64,000 bases of DNA from assembly GCA_051746185.1 (NCBI GenBank), contig JBNJEV010000011.1, forward strand, positions 9,995 through 73,994, written 5' to 3'. Shown one piece after another: positions 17,380 through 28,026 of this stretch. This DNA comes from Bacteroidota bacterium. Its GTDB lineage: Bacteria > Bacteroidota > Bacteroidia > Bacteroidales > GCA-2748055. Each line of letters opens with the position of its first letter. Position 1 is the first letter of the stretch. A program made the translations under genes and the position numbers. A model generated the notes under the pieces. It had not been told where the DNA came from. It did not search any database and was given only the letters and a program-made list of their open reading frames with translations.

Positions 17380-18645
17380 TTATTGCTCCTCATATTCCGG
17401 CCTGCCCACCTTGCCCATGAAAAGGATCGCCCCGGTGGAATTTTCTTTGATCAGGTACAGGAAAGGCCTGTCCGCCCTGAAAACGGGTGGTCCCGGTGAG
17501 GCCACCTCCCGGAGCTCCACAATGGTGGCCGCAGCCGCTTCGGTCCCTTCCTCCTGCACATCGATGAATGTCTGGTGGATCACCCTGGAAATATAGATCC
17601 CTCCCCCCGGACTGATCCTTGAAAAATCCGCACCTTCCGAGAAGGCCACTCCCAGTCCCAGGTTCTTCAGGGGATCGTTCAGCAGGTCTTTGAAACCGTA
17701 TTTGAATTTGGGCAGCTCGATCTGTACATCCCGGTAAACGGGAGTGGCGAACCAGCTCTCCCACAGCTCCAGGTCCAGGTTCTCCGCCATCTCCTCCACG
17801 GTCTTGCCCTGACCGGGGAGCACCACCACCATGCTGAAGGTGCTGTCGCCATAGGGCAGTTCCACAGCCGAATAATCGGAGGTCTTTTGGTAATAATTGA
17901 ATGAACCTTTCAACTTCATGAAATCGGCCGTGTGGGTAGTGCCATCCTCCGGATAAAAGGTGCCGGGGGAGGTATCTTCAGGATCGAACCCGTATTTCCA
18001 TTTTGCATTGAAATAGATGGCGTTGATCAGGTACATGACCGCATCCCCGGGAATCTGATCGAGCATATCCCGGATCTTATCGTTGGTCTTCTCCTCGATC
18101 CAGTCATTGATGATCTCCACTGACTGCGGATCGGAGAAATCCAGTTCACTGACCATGGCATCGAAATAGGTCCGGTTGGTGGTAATGAATTCCTCCAACA
18201 CCTGATAACCCAGCCTGTACCAGATGCTGTTGGCGATGGAGAATTTCACCTGCTCATCCAAACGGACCATCTGGTCCATCAGGTCCTGGTAACTCTCATT
18301 CACCTCCTGGTCGGTCAGATCCCCGAAATGCAGTACATCACGGAAAGCATCCCGGGTGGTCCCTGCCGCCCCGTTCAGGGTCATCCCCAGGGCATAGGAA
18401 ACACTGAGCGGGGAGACCATGATGTTCTCCTGTTCATTCAGTGTACAGACCTCCCGGAACAGCTCGAAAGCAAATTCACGGTCGGCCCGGATGATCTCCG
18501 AAGATTTTTTCCGCAGCTCGATTTGCTTTGGTTCCCGGTCCGGCGCCCCGGACTTCTCGCAGGCGGGAAAAATGAACAAAGCGGATAAAAGGATCAGCAC
18601 CGCAATGGCTCCCGGAGCATGTATGAGATATTTCATGTGCTTCAT
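17380..18645 (-). CDS. Serpin-family protease inhibitor, probable lipoprotein
   Basis: 421 aa. It has a lipobox-like LFIFPAC and a serpin core. The hinge/RCL is VQEEGTEAAAATIVELREVASPGPPVFRADRPFLYLIKE, which has the inhibitory-type hinge EEGTEAAAAT. Confidence 0.85.
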   Translation of the reverse strand: MKHMKYLIHAPGAIAVLILLSALFIFPACEKSGAPDREPKQIELRKKSSEIIRADREFAFELFREVCTLNEQENIMVSPLSVSYALGMTLNGAAGTTRDAFRDVLHFGDLTDQEVNESYQDLMDQMVRLDEQVKFSIANSIWYRLGYQVLEEFITTNRTYFDAMVSELDFSDPQSVEIINDWIEEKTNDKIRDMLDQIPGDAVMYLINAIYFNAKWKYGFDPEDTSPGTFYPEDGTTHTADFMKLKGSFNYYQKTSDYSAVELPYGDSTFSMVVVLPGQGKTVEEMAENLDLELWESWFATPVYRDVQIELPKFKYGFKDLLNDPLKNLGLGVAFSEGADFSRISPGGGIYISRVIHQTFIDVQEEGTEAAAATIVELREVASPGPPVFRADRPFLYLIKENSTGAILFMGKVGRPEYEEQ

Positions 18646-18841
18646 TATTGAGATAATGTGTATATCCAGATAACGCTCACTGACAGGACGCAGTATCCCT
18701 GCACAGGGTTGCGCAATCCATTAATTATTTATCATACCCTTTTGTGAATTTTTGATTAAAAAAGTTTATTCTCGTTTCATCAGATTTTCCATACTTTTCC
18801 TCTTGAAAACTTCAGAGCTGTTTTCACCTCAATAAAGGGAT

Positions 18842-20515
18842 ATGTCTGCAGGTTTGCTTGCGCTGATCGCTTCGCTTCCCATCCTGGTAATCCTGGTCCT
18901 GGTGGTGGGTTTTACATGGCCCGCAACCAGGGCACTGCCGGTTGCGTTTGCCATTACCCTTCTGCTTGCCATGACCGTCTGGAAGACACCGCTCCCCTGG
19001 ATCCTTGCCTCCACCGTGAACGGAATAAAGATCGCACTGGAGATTGTTCTGATTGTGTTCGGCGCCCTGCTGCTGCTTTTCACCATTCGGGAAAGCGGCG
19101 CCATCGGAGCCATCAACAGGGGATTCACAGGGATCTCTCCTGACCGCAGGATCCAGGCCATCATCATCGCCTGGATGTTCGGAGGATTCATTGAAGGTGC
19201 CGCCGGCTACGGAACTCCCGCAGCCCTTGCCGCCCCGTTGCTGCTTTCCCTGGGATTCCCTGCCATGGCAGCTGTCATGGTAGCTCTGATCGTCAATGTG
19301 ACACCCGTTTCTTTCGGGGCCGTGGGAACCCCCACCCTGATCGGCATCCAGAGCTCCCTGGAGATCCCCTCCGTTCAGGAATCCATCGCCGCCTCCGGCA
19401 TGACCTTCAATGGCTACATTCATCAGGTAGGAGTATGGACCTCGATTTTGCATGCACTCCCCGGGATCCTGCTGCCACTGATCATGACCGCGATGCTGAC
19501 GCGTTTTTTCGGTGAGAAAAGATCCTTCAGGGAAGGGCTTTCCATCTGGCCCTATGCTCTGTTTGCCGGATGCTGCTTCGTGGTCCCTTACCTGCTGGTG
19601 GCCATCTTTCTCGGTCCCGAGTTTCCCGGGCTGCTGGGCGGATTCATCGGACTGGCCATCCTGGTGCCGGCCACCCGGGCCGGATTCCTCGTTCCCGAAT
19701 CAAAATGGGACTTCCCGGACCGGCAGCGATGGGACAGGGATTGGTCGGGATCCATTGCGGCAGAGGGTCCCGGGGGATACGGCAGGATGTCTGTTTTCAG
19801 GGCCTGGACTCCCTACCTGATGATCGGCATCCTGCTTGTTCTGACCCGGATCAGGTCACTTCCTTTCGGGGACTGGATCCGGTCCGCCGGCATCACCTAT
19901 AACGATCTGTTCGGAACCGGTGTCAGCGGGGAGATCACTCCCCTGTATAATCCGGGGATCCTCCCCTTCATCCTGGTGGCTCTGCTGTGCATTCCCCTGT
20001 TCCGGATGAGATCCCGGCAAATCGGAGCTGCCTGGAAAGAGGCTGCTGCAAGGATCAGGGATCCGCTCATTGCCCTTTTGTTTGCTGTTCCCATGGTACG
20101 GATCATGATGCGATCGGGGAACAATCCGGAGGAGATCATGGCCATGCCCATCGCCATGGCAGCAGCCGCCACCCGCCTGTTCCGGGAAGCATGGCCATTG
20201 GTGGATCCGTTTATCGGGGCGCTGGGTTCCTTCCTGGCCGGATCCAACACGGTATCCAATATGCTGTTTTCCCTGTTCCAGTATTCCGTCGCCGAACAAC
20301 TGGGCATGCCCACACTGCTGATCCTCAGTCTGCAAAATGTCGGCGGGGCCATGGGTAACATGATCTGTATACACAATGTGATCGCTGCCTGTGCAACTGT
20401 CGGCCTTGTGGGGGTGGAAGGACGGCTGATCCGGAGAAACCTGCTGCCCATGTTCGTGGTGGGACTGATCGTGGGTCTGACCGGACTGGTCCTGGTCCAC
20501 ACAGCCGGATCGTAA
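18842..20515 (+). CDS. L-lactate permease (LctP/LldP family)
   Basis: 557 aa, polytopic. It contains the [25 protein letters not shown] family motif. Confidence 0.85.
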   Translation: MSAGLLALIASLPILVILVLVVGFTWPATRALPVAFAITLLLAMTVWKTPLPWILASTVNGIKIALEIVLIVFGALLLLFTIRESGAIGAINRGFTGISPDRRIQAIIIAWMFGGFIEGAAGYGTPAALAAPLLLSLGFPAMAAVMVALIVNVTPVSFGAVGTPTLIGIQSSLEIPSVQESIAASGMTFNGYIHQVGVWTSILHALPGILLPLIMTAMLTRFFGEKRSFREGLSIWPYALFAGCCFVVPYLLVAIFLGPEFPGLLGGFIGLAILVPATRAGFLVPESKWDFPDRQRWDRDWSGSIAAEGPGGYGRMSVFRAWTPYLMIGILLVLTRIRSLPFGDWIRSAGITYNDLFGTGVSGEITPLYNPGILPFILVALLCIPLFRMRSRQIGAAWKEAAARIRDPLIALLFAVPMVRIMMRSGNNPEEIMAMPIAMAAAATRLFREAWPLVDPFIGALGSFLAGSNTVSNMLFSLFQYSVAEQLGMPTLLILSLQNVGGAMGNMICIHNVIAACATVGLVGVEGRLIRRNLLPMFVVGLIVGLTGLVLVHTAGS

Positions 20516-20517
20516 AT

Positions 20518-20560
20518 TCGCACCGGCGGATTGTAACTCCGCACCGGCGGATTGTAACTT
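20518..20560. repeat. 21-bp tandem repeat x2 (cgcaccggcggattgtaact)
   Basis: Read directly: 20519-20538 and 20540-20559 are identical. It starts 3 nt after the lactate permease stop. The unit resembles the gene's 3' end ccggatcgtaaatt. Confidence 0.9.
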
Positions 20561-20605
20561 TGATGCCGCTGTCTCGGCAGATTTCAGTAATTTTAGGCCC
20601 TCATA

Positions 20606-23600
20606 ATGAACATGCAGAAGAATTTATCAGACAGCATGATCAGTAATCCCTATACGGAACATCCCGGGATCTCCGGGATCACTGAAACCCTGAGCGGGGA
20701 GCAGGAAGGTATACAGTACCTGGAAGGACTCTCAGGCTCTTCCAGGGTAGCTGTGATCCACGGGTGCATGGCGAAACTGAAAGGGCCCCATCTGATCCTG
20801 CTCAATGACAGGGAACAGGCGGCATATTTTTATACCGACCTGGTCACCCTGGAAGGGACACCTGACCGGACCCTTTTCTTTCCTTCTTCCTACAAACGGT
20901 CCATACAGTACAGGCAGACCGATGAGGCCAACATCATTACCCGTACCCAGACCCTGAGGCGTCTTTCGGAAAGACGAACGGCCAGCTTCATCATTTCCCA
21001 TTCGGAAGCACTGGTGGAAACAGTTATCACCAGAAAACACCTCTCAGAAAACACCCTGGAGGTAAAAGCGGGGGAAAGGATCGACATGGGATTTTTGGAG
21101 GAAGTCCTACGAACATACGATTTCCATCTGGTGGATTTCGTATACGAGCCGGGGCAGTATTCCGTCAGGGGAGGGATCGTCGATGTCTTTTCCTATGCAT
21201 CCAGTCATCCTTACCGCATCGATTTCTTTGGAGATGAGGTAGATACCATCCGCCGTTTCGACACCGATACCCAGCGTTCCCTGGAGAATGTCAAAAAGGT
21301 GAACATCATTCCCAACATCCAGTGGGAAAAGGAAATGGACCGGGAAAGGATCTCCTTCCTGGAATATATCCCCCGGAATACCATCCTGTGGATGGATCAC
21401 CCCGGACTGATCCGCGAACAGGTGCAATCGCTGTATGATAAAACAGAGCTGGATGACGGATCACCCGAAACGATCGATAAATCCAAATTTCTCAGGTCAG
21501 GAAAGGAGATCTCGGAACAGATGCTCGGCTTCAGAAGGGTGGTTTTCGGGGATCCCGCCAGGGACCGTATGGGCAGGACCTGGAGTTTCCAGACCTCTCC
21601 CCAGCCGGCCTTTCAGAAGAATTTCGAGCTGCTCACCGGTTACATGAGGGAACGCAGTGCAGCGGGATATACCAATTACCTGCTTTCGGAGAATGAAAAG
21701 CAGCTGGAACGCCTGGGTGCCATCTTCGATGAGATCGATCCGGGGCTGCAGTACCGGACCCTGCAGAATACCCTGCACGAGGGTTTCATCGATCATGAGC
21801 TGAAACTCGCGTTTTATACCGACCACCAGATCTTCGAGCGATACCATAAGTTCAGGCTGCATGACAGGTTCAGCAGGAAACAATCGCTCTCCATGAAGGA
21901 GCTGATCGGACTGAATCCGGGCGATTACGTGGTCCATGTGGATCACGGGATCGGGATTTTCGGGGGACTGGAAAAGATTGAGGTGCAAGGGCGCATCCAG
22001 GAAGCCATCAAACTGGTGTACAAAGACAAAGATGTACTCTATGTGAACATCCATTCCTTGCACCGTATCTCCAAATACAAAGGAAAGGATACCGAGCCTC
22101 CCAGGATCTATAAGCTGGGGACCGGGGCATGGCAGAAACTGAAAAACAATACAAAAAAGAAGGTCAGGGACATTGCCCGGGAGCTGATTTTGCTCTATGC
22201 CAGAAGAAAGGAACAGAAAGGGTTCTCTTTTTCTCCGGATACCTACCTTCAGCGGGAACTGGAATCCTCTTTCATCTACGAGGACACTCCCGACCAGCTG
22301 AAAGCCACCAACGATGTGAAGACGGGGATGGAAGCCGGTTATCCCATGGACAGGCTGGTGTGCGGGGATGTGGGCTTCGGCAAAACAGAGGTGGCCATCC
22401 GGGCGGCCTTCAAGGCGGTGACCGACAGCAAGCAGGTAGCCGTGCTTGTCCCCACCACCATTCTGGCATTTCAGCATTTCAACACCTTCCGCGACCGCCT
22501 GAAAGATTTTCCCTGCACGGTCGACTACCTCAGCAGGTTCCGCAGTTATGCCGACCAGAAACGGATCAGCCGCATGCTGAAAGAGGGAGGGATCGATATT
22601 GTCATCGGGACCCACAAACTGGTGGGAAAAGAGATCGGGTTCAGGGATCTGGGATTGCTGATCATTGATGAGGAACAGAAATTCGGGGTAAGTGTCAAGG
22701 AAAAACTGAAACAGATGAAACTGAATGTGGACACCCTCACCCTGACCGCCACCCCCATCCCCCGCACCCTTCAGTTCTCACTGATGGGCTCCAGGGACCT
22801 TTCCATCATCCATACCCCGCCACCCAACCGGCATCCCATTATCACAGAATTGCACACCTTCAGCGAGGACATCATCCGGGAAGCCATCGAGTACGAGGTG
22901 AACCGCGGGGGACAGGTCTTCTTTATCCATAACCGTGTGCAGAATATCATGAAGATCAAGGAGATCGTGGACCGGTTGCTTCCCCATATCAGATCAGTGG
23001 TGGCCCACGGGCAGATGGAAGGAAGAAAACTGGAAGCGCTGATGCTGGATTTCATGCAGGGCGATTATGATGTGCTGATCGCCACCACCATCATTGAATC
23101 GGGACTGGATATCCCCAATGCCAATACAATTCTTATCAACAATGCCCAGCATTTCGGACTGAGCGATCTGCACCAGCTCAGGGGGAGGGTCGGACGCTCC
23201 AACAAAAAGGCTTTCTGTTACCTGTTCGCTCCTCCCGTGACCCACCTTTCCTCTGAGGCATACAGGCGGCTGAAGGCAGTGGAAGAGTTTTCCGCCCTGG
23301 GAAGCGGTTTCAACATCGCCCTGCAGGATCTGGATATCAGGGGTGCGGGGAATTTGCTGGGGGCCGAACAGAGCGGTTTTATCGCCGATATGGGTTTCGA
23401 TACCTATAATCAGATCCTGAACGAAGCGGTCATGGAACTGAAGGAGGGAGAATTCAGGGACCTTTACGAGGAGGAACGCGGGAAACCGCGTGAAGATGAT
23501 TCGTTCTTTGCTGATTGTCATGTGGATACAGACCTGGAATTGCTCTTCCCAGACAGTTATGTAGCCAATATCAGCGAACGGGTGGATCTCTATCGCGAAC

Positions 23601-23971
23601 TGGATTCCATCCAGACGGAAAAGGAGCTGGATGAATTCCGGCTGATGCTTGAAGACCGCTTCGGTCCGCTTCCGCCTCCCTCGGAAGAACTGCTCGACGT
23701 GGTAAAGCTCCGCTGGCTTGCCCGGCGCATCGGTGTTGAAAAAATTGTTTTGAAAAAGAGTACGATGATCACGTATTTTGTAAGCAATCCTGAATCTCCT
23801 TTTTACAGGTCTTCTAGATTTGAGGAGGTGGTCAGGAACATCCAGGCCCATCCCGGAATCTTCCGGATGCGGGAGGACCAGGATAAGCTCAGCCTCAGGG
23901 TTGATCATGTGGAGCATATTTCTGAAGCCATCAGGACTCTTCAGAAACTGGGTAACGGACAGCATTTATGA
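20606..23971 (+). CDS. mfd: Transcription-repair coupling factor
   Basis: 1121 aa. It has a UvrB-homology N-terminus, a CarD/RID region and SF2 helicase motifs (GDVGFGKTEVA, DEEQKFG, TATPIPRT, QLRGRVGRS). Confidence 0.95.
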   Translation: MNMQKNLSDSMISNPYTEHPGISGITETLSGEQEGIQYLEGLSGSSRVAVIHGCMAKLKGPHLILLNDREQAAYFYTDLVTLEGTPDRTLFFPSSYKRSIQYRQTDEANIITRTQTLRRLSERRTASFIISHSEALVETVITRKHLSENTLEVKAGERIDMGFLEEVLRTYDFHLVDFVYEPGQYSVRGGIVDVFSYASSHPYRIDFFGDEVDTIRRFDTDTQRSLENVKKVNIIPNIQWEKEMDRERISFLEYIPRNTILWMDHPGLIREQVQSLYDKTELDDGSPETIDKSKFLRSGKEISEQMLGFRRVVFGDPARDRMGRTWSFQTSPQPAFQKNFELLTGYMRERSAAGYTNYLLSENEKQLERLGAIFDEIDPGLQYRTLQNTLHEGFIDHELKLAFYTDHQIFERYHKFRLHDRFSRKQSLSMKELIGLNPGDYVVHVDHGIGIFGGLEKIEVQGRIQEAIKLVYKDKDVLYVNIHSLHRISKYKGKDTEPPRIYKLGTGAWQKLKNNTKKKVRDIARELILLYARRKEQKGFSFSPDTYLQRELESSFIYEDTPDQLKATNDVKTGMEAGYPMDRLVCGDVGFGKTEVAIRAAFKAVTDSKQVAVLVPTTILAFQHFNTFRDRLKDFPCTVDYLSRFRSYADQKRISRMLKEGGIDIVIGTHKLVGKEIGFRDLGLLIIDEEQKFGVSVKEKLKQMKLNVDTLTLTATPIPRTLQFSLMGSRDLSIIHTPPPNRHPIITELHTFSEDIIREAIEYEVNRGGQVFFIHNRVQNIMKIKEIVDRLLPHIRSVVAHGQMEGRKLEALMLDFMQGDYDVLIATTIIESGLDIPNANTILINNAQHFGLSDLHQLRGRVGRSNKKAFCYLFAPPVTHLSSEAYRRLKAVEEFSALGSGFNIALQDLDIRGAGNLLGAEQSGFIADMGFDTYNQILNEAVMELKEGEFRDLYEEERGKPREDDSFFADCHVDTDLELLFPDSYVANISERVDLYRELDSIQTEKELDEFRLMLEDRFGPLPPPSEELLDVVKLRWLARRIGVEKIVLKKSTMITYFVSNPESPFYRSSRFEEVVRNIQAHPGIFRMREDQDKLSLRVDHVEHISEAIRTLQKLGNGQHL

Positions 23972-24708
23972 ACTTAGTACTGGATCTTGGGAATACTTAC
24001 GGGAAGATCGCTGTATGCGAGGGGAACAGCGTGATCGAGAGTGCCGGCTATGAAAGGATCACCAGCAGGGAAATCGCCTATTTCCTTTCAAAATACAAAG
24101 GTTTACGAGGAGTGATCATTTCATCGGTGGTGAATCATTCCAGAGAGATCATCGATTATCTGGTCAATCTCTTCAGCACATGTATTGAATTGAACCACAA
24201 TACGCCTATTCCCCTGGAAAACCGGTACCAGACCCCGGATACGCTGGGATATGACCGGATCGCAGCCGCCGTCGGGGCAAATACCCTTTATCCCGGGAAG
24301 AATGTCCTGGTCATCGATACCGGGACGGCCATCACCTATGATATTATTACTGCTCAGGGGGCCTACCCGGGGGGAAACATCTCCCCGGGTCTCGAGATCC
24401 GTTTCCGGTCACTGCACAAACATACCAGCCGGCTGCCCCTCCTGGAACGTCCGGAAAGGACCCCTGCCCTGGTGGGCAACAGTACAAAAGAGGCCCTTTA
24501 TTCCGGGGTGGTCAACGGAATATTGTTTGAGATAGAGGGATTTATTGCGGCAATGAGCGAGAAATACCCTAAATTACAGGTAGTTTTAACAGGAGGAGAT
24601 GCAAAATACTTTGAAGGAAAATTAAAAAATACCATATTTGTGGACCTGAATCTGAACCTGATCGGACTGAACAGAATACTGGACTACAATGATGGCAAGA
24701 AAATATAG
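23968..24708 (+). CDS. coaX: Type III pantothenate kinase
   Basis: 246 aa: MNLVLDLGNTYGKIAV…GYDRIAAAVGA…VIDTGTAITYD. It overlaps the mfd stop by 4 nt. Confidence 0.9.
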   Translation: MNLVLDLGNTYGKIAVCEGNSVIESAGYERITSREIAYFLSKYKGLRGVIISSVVNHSREIIDYLVNLFSTCIELNHNTPIPLENRYQTPDTLGYDRIAAAVGANTLYPGKNVLVIDTGTAITYDIITAQGAYPGGNISPGLEIRFRSLHKHTSRLPLLERPERTPALVGNSTKEALYSGVVNGILFEIEGFIAAMSEKYPKLQVVLTGGDAKYFEGKLKNTIFVDLNLNLIGLNRILDYNDGKKI

Positions 24709-25978
24709 GATATTGATCATTCTCCTTTCCGTTTCGTTCCCTCTTTTTTCACAGTTCAATACTTATTCACCCTATACCCGGTTCGGACTGGGAGATTTGG
24801 TACGCGGAGGCCTTCCTCAGAACCTGGCCATGGGAGGAACGGGGATTGCCATTCATGAAAACAACAGGATCAATTACCTGAATCCTGCGGCTTTTTCGGC
24901 CCTGGACAGCACATCGGTCTATTTCGATCTGGGAGCCAATACTTTCCACAATCAATACAGAACGGAAAACTACTCCAACAGCTGGTGGAACATGAATCTG
25001 CACCATGTTACCTTTGCCACCTCCATGGGAAAATATTTGGGCCTTTCTGCCGGGATCGTCCCATACAGCAGCATCGGTTATAATATCAAGCAGGAATACA
25101 ACGATTATGTCACCGGCGATGCCATGGATGTGTATTACAAAGGAGACGGGGGGATCATGAATTTCTACCTGGGGGCTTCTCTCAAGCTGTTCAACCGGAT
25201 CTCCCTGGGAGCCTCCATGAATTACCTGCTGGGAAGGCTTACCCGGGAACGGTTGATCGAATTTCCCGTGAATTCCTATTCTGTGGCCTCCTCGATGGAG
25301 AATTTCGATCTACAGCATCCCATCTTCCGTTTCGGGATGCAGTACAGGGAGGTGATCCGTGATAAATTCTTCTTTACCCTGGGCGGTGCCTACGACCTGG
25401 AGGCCAATGTGGGAGCTTCAGTTCAGTATAACCTCACCAACAACATCTATGGCACCAAGCCTACCTTTCTGAATGATTCGGTTATCGTGGATTCGCGGTA
25501 TTCCGTTGGACAGGACACCATCAACAACAATTTTATCATTCCTCCCAGGACCGCACTGGGAATATCCCTGGGAATCCCCGGTAAACTGATCATTACCGGC
25601 GATTTTATCATGCAGGACTGGACCGGCGCATTGACGGGCGAGAACTATTCGCTGACCGATGCCAGCTCCCTTCACCTGGGCGTGGAATATACCCCTGATG
25701 TGGAAGCGCTCCGGGGTTATCATAAGCTTATGAGTTACCGGGTGGGAGGATATCGCTCCAATTACTATTTGGAGGTGAACGGACACCAGTTGGAAGACTA
25801 TGGCATAACTTTTGGTGTAGGATTACCGGTAAGGTCGATACAATCAAGTTTTAATGTGGCTTTTACACTGGGAACCAGAGGAACTACAGAGCATAATTTA
25901 ATTAAGGAAAATTATGGAATTATCACTTTTAATGTAACTTTGCACGACCTTTGGTTCCGGAAACGGAGATTCGATTAA
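24689..25978 (+). CDS. Putative outer-membrane beta-barrel protein (FadL/PorV-like fold), function unknown
   Basis: It has a signal peptide MMARKYRILIILLSVSFPLFSQ. The N-terminal YSPYTRFGLGDL…MGGTGIA…NPAA pattern is typical of FadL-like barrels, and there are alternating aromatic strands. It ends …LHDLWFRKRRFD. Confidence 0.5.
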   Translation: MMARKYRILIILLSVSFPLFSQFNTYSPYTRFGLGDLVRGGLPQNLAMGGTGIAIHENNRINYLNPAAFSALDSTSVYFDLGANTFHNQYRTENYSNSWWNMNLHHVTFATSMGKYLGLSAGIVPYSSIGYNIKQEYNDYVTGDAMDVYYKGDGGIMNFYLGASLKLFNRISLGASMNYLLGRLTRERLIEFPVNSYSVASSMENFDLQHPIFRFGMQYREVIRDKFFFTLGGAYDLEANVGASVQYNLTNNIYGTKPTFLNDSVIVDSRYSVGQDTINNNFIIPPRTALGISLGIPGKLIITGDFIMQDWTGALTGENYSLTDASSLHLGVEYTPDVEALRGYHKLMSYRVGGYRSNYYLEVNGHQLEDYGITFGVGLPVRSIQSSFNVAFTLGTRGTTEHNLIKENYGIITFNVTLHDLWFRKRRFD

Positions 25979-26002
25979 ACTTGGAAAAACAAAATATTTG
26001 GT

Positions 26003-27343
26003 ATGAAAGCGAAAGTGTTACAAACGGTTTTATTGAAGACCTTGATCCTTTTGTTTGCCCTACCCGTCATGTCACAAACAGGGCTTGAGTCCGGATCCAA
26101 ATACGGCAAAGGCCAGGACTCCATAAACTGTATCAAGAATCTTTCACTATACCGGGAATTTTACAAGCATAATAATTACAAAGATGCCATCGGACCATGG
26201 CGCAAGGTGTTTTCGGAGTGTCCTGCCTCCAGTGAAAGGATGTATGTGGAAGGTGTTTCCATGTACCGCAAATTCATTGATGATGCGACGAATGATGAAC
26301 GCAGGGAGGAATTGATCGATACCCTGATGCTGATCTATGGCAGGCGCATGGAATACTTCAACGACAGAGGCAATGTCCTGGGTCGGAAAGGCATCGATCT
26401 GCTGCGTTACCGGAGGACCGAAATAGAAGCCGTGGAGGAGGCATACGGATACCTGAAAGAAAGCATCGAAGTGGGTCAGAGGAAATCCAGGGATGCGGTG
26501 ATGATCACCTTCATTTCGGCCAGCATCACCCTGAACCAGACCGGCAGGATCGAAGATGACCAGACCATTGAAGATTATTTTATGGTGACGGAGATCCTGG
26601 ACCCGCTGGTCGGCAGAAGCTCACGCTGGGAACGGGCCAAAGCCACCATCGACGAAAACATGCTGAAAAGCGGATTGCTGACATGTGATGCGCTCAATGA
26701 ATACTTTGGGCCCAAATTCGAGGCGAACAAGGATGACAAGGAATTCCTCCAGCAGGTGATCACCTTTTATTCTGCCTCGGGATGCGACCGGGCTGATCTT
26801 TACGTACAGGCATCCGAGAAGATGTACGAGATCGATCCGGGAGCAGAATCTGCACACAACCTGGCCATTTTGTTCATTTCCAAAAACAATTACCTGAAGG
26901 CCATCCGGTACCTGAAAGAAGCGTGTGCGGCCGGGGGAGCGATTGATGATGAGACCAGGTCAGAGTGGTTCTATGAGCTGGGCGTTGTTACCAGTGCCAA
27001 CGGGGATTACTGTGATGCCATCGATTATGCCAGGGAAGCCATCGCCCTGAATCCCGATTATGGAAAAGCATACATCCTCCTGGGAGATGCCTATATTGCA
27101 TCCCGCAGCAACCTGGGCGAAGAATTCGAGCAGCGGACCGCCTTCTGGGCAGCGGCTGACAAATATGCCAAGGCTGCTTCCGTGGATCCCGGTGTGGCTG
27201 ACGAGGCGGAACAGAAGCTGAATGATTACCGGTCCCAGTATCCCGATAAAGAGGAGGTCTTCTTCCGCGACATGAAGGAAGGAGATTCCTACCTGGTCGG
27301 AGGATGTATCGATGAATACACCACCGTCAGGGCCAGGGATTAA
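26003..27343 (+). CDS. Secreted TPR-repeat protein
   Basis: 446 aa with a signal peptide (LILLFALPVMSQ). TPR-like helices are present, e.g. YCDAIDYAREAIALNPDYGKAYILLGDAY. It occupies the conserved position between coaX and lptC. Confidence 0.6.
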   Translation: MKAKVLQTVLLKTLILLFALPVMSQTGLESGSKYGKGQDSINCIKNLSLYREFYKHNNYKDAIGPWRKVFSECPASSERMYVEGVSMYRKFIDDATNDERREELIDTLMLIYGRRMEYFNDRGNVLGRKGIDLLRYRRTEIEAVEEAYGYLKESIEVGQRKSRDAVMITFISASITLNQTGRIEDDQTIEDYFMVTEILDPLVGRSSRWERAKATIDENMLKSGLLTCDALNEYFGPKFEANKDDKEFLQQVITFYSASGCDRADLYVQASEKMYEIDPGAESAHNLAILFISKNNYLKAIRYLKEACAAGGAIDDETRSEWFYELGVVTSANGDYCDAIDYAREAIALNPDYGKAYILLGDAYIASRSNLGEEFEQRTAFWAAADKYAKAASVDPGVADEAEQKLNDYRSQYPDKEEVFFRDMKEGDSYLVGGCIDEYTTVRARD

Positions 27344-27459
27344 AAGTCTGATCCATGATCTGTTGGCGAAGGTCTTCAAGAAAACAGTTATTCCTGTTCA
27401 ACTGAGGATGCTTTCTCGTAATATGCGAATAGAGGCTGTCTCAAAAAAGGTTTGTATCA

Positions 27460-28026
27460 ATGATTTTTTCAGGGAAACATCCGGTATGTGCATTGATCCT
27501 GGGAATGATCCTGTCCGCGGGTTGTGAAAACGATATTGAGCGAATCAACATGCTGACCGATGAAACAGTGAGACCCCGGATAGAGGGGTCCAATGTGGAG
27601 GTCATATACAGCGATTCCGCCACTGTCAAAGTCCAGATCCTGGCCCCTTCCTACAGACAGTTCTCGGAAACGGAAGAGCCCTATATGGAATTTCCCGAAG
27701 GGATTGAAGTTTTCTTCTATAACGATTCCATGGAGATAGAATCGGAAATCCGGGCTGATCACACCATATACTATCCCGAAGAGGGTCTGTGGCATGCTTC
27801 CGGGAATGTGGTGGCCAAACAGCTGGATAACGGGGATGCACTCAATACCGAAGAGCTTTTCTGGGATGAGGAAAAGCACATAATCTATTCCAATACCTTC
27901 ACCAGGATACAGAATGAGGACGGCACTTTTTACGGGAAGCGCGGCTTCGAATCTGACCAGGCCCTCACCAACTGGCAGTTGAAAGGGTCCAGCGGAACAG
28001 TGAACGTTCAGGATGAAGAGCAATAG
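27460..28026 (+). CDS. lptC: LPS export protein LptC-like
   Basis: 188 aa with lipobox-like ILSAGCEND. The beta-jellyroll-type pattern includes SNVEVIYSDSATVKVQILAP…GNVVAKQLDNGDALNTEELFWDE. Size and context are typical of Bacteroidota lptC. Confidence 0.7.
   Translation: MIFSGKHPVCALILGMILSAGCENDIERINMLTDETVRPRIEGSNVEVIYSDSATVKVQILAPSYRQFSETEEPYMEFPEGIEVFFYNDSMEIESEIRADHTIYYPEEGLWHASGNVVAKQLDNGDALNTEELFWDEEKHIIYSNTFTRIQNEDGTFYGKRGFESDQALTNWQLKGSSGTVNVQDEEQ

Noticed and set aside
18824-20544. Minus-strand ORFs of 209-215 aa opposite the lactate permease
   Set aside because: They are antisense to a clear 557-aa LctP-family permease. Their translations are G/H/D/Q-rich and not membrane-like.
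21497-23965. 372-aa and 323-aa minus-strand ORFs inside mfd
   Set aside because: They are antisense to a 1121-aa Mfd that has all helicase motifs. I see no independent coding signal.
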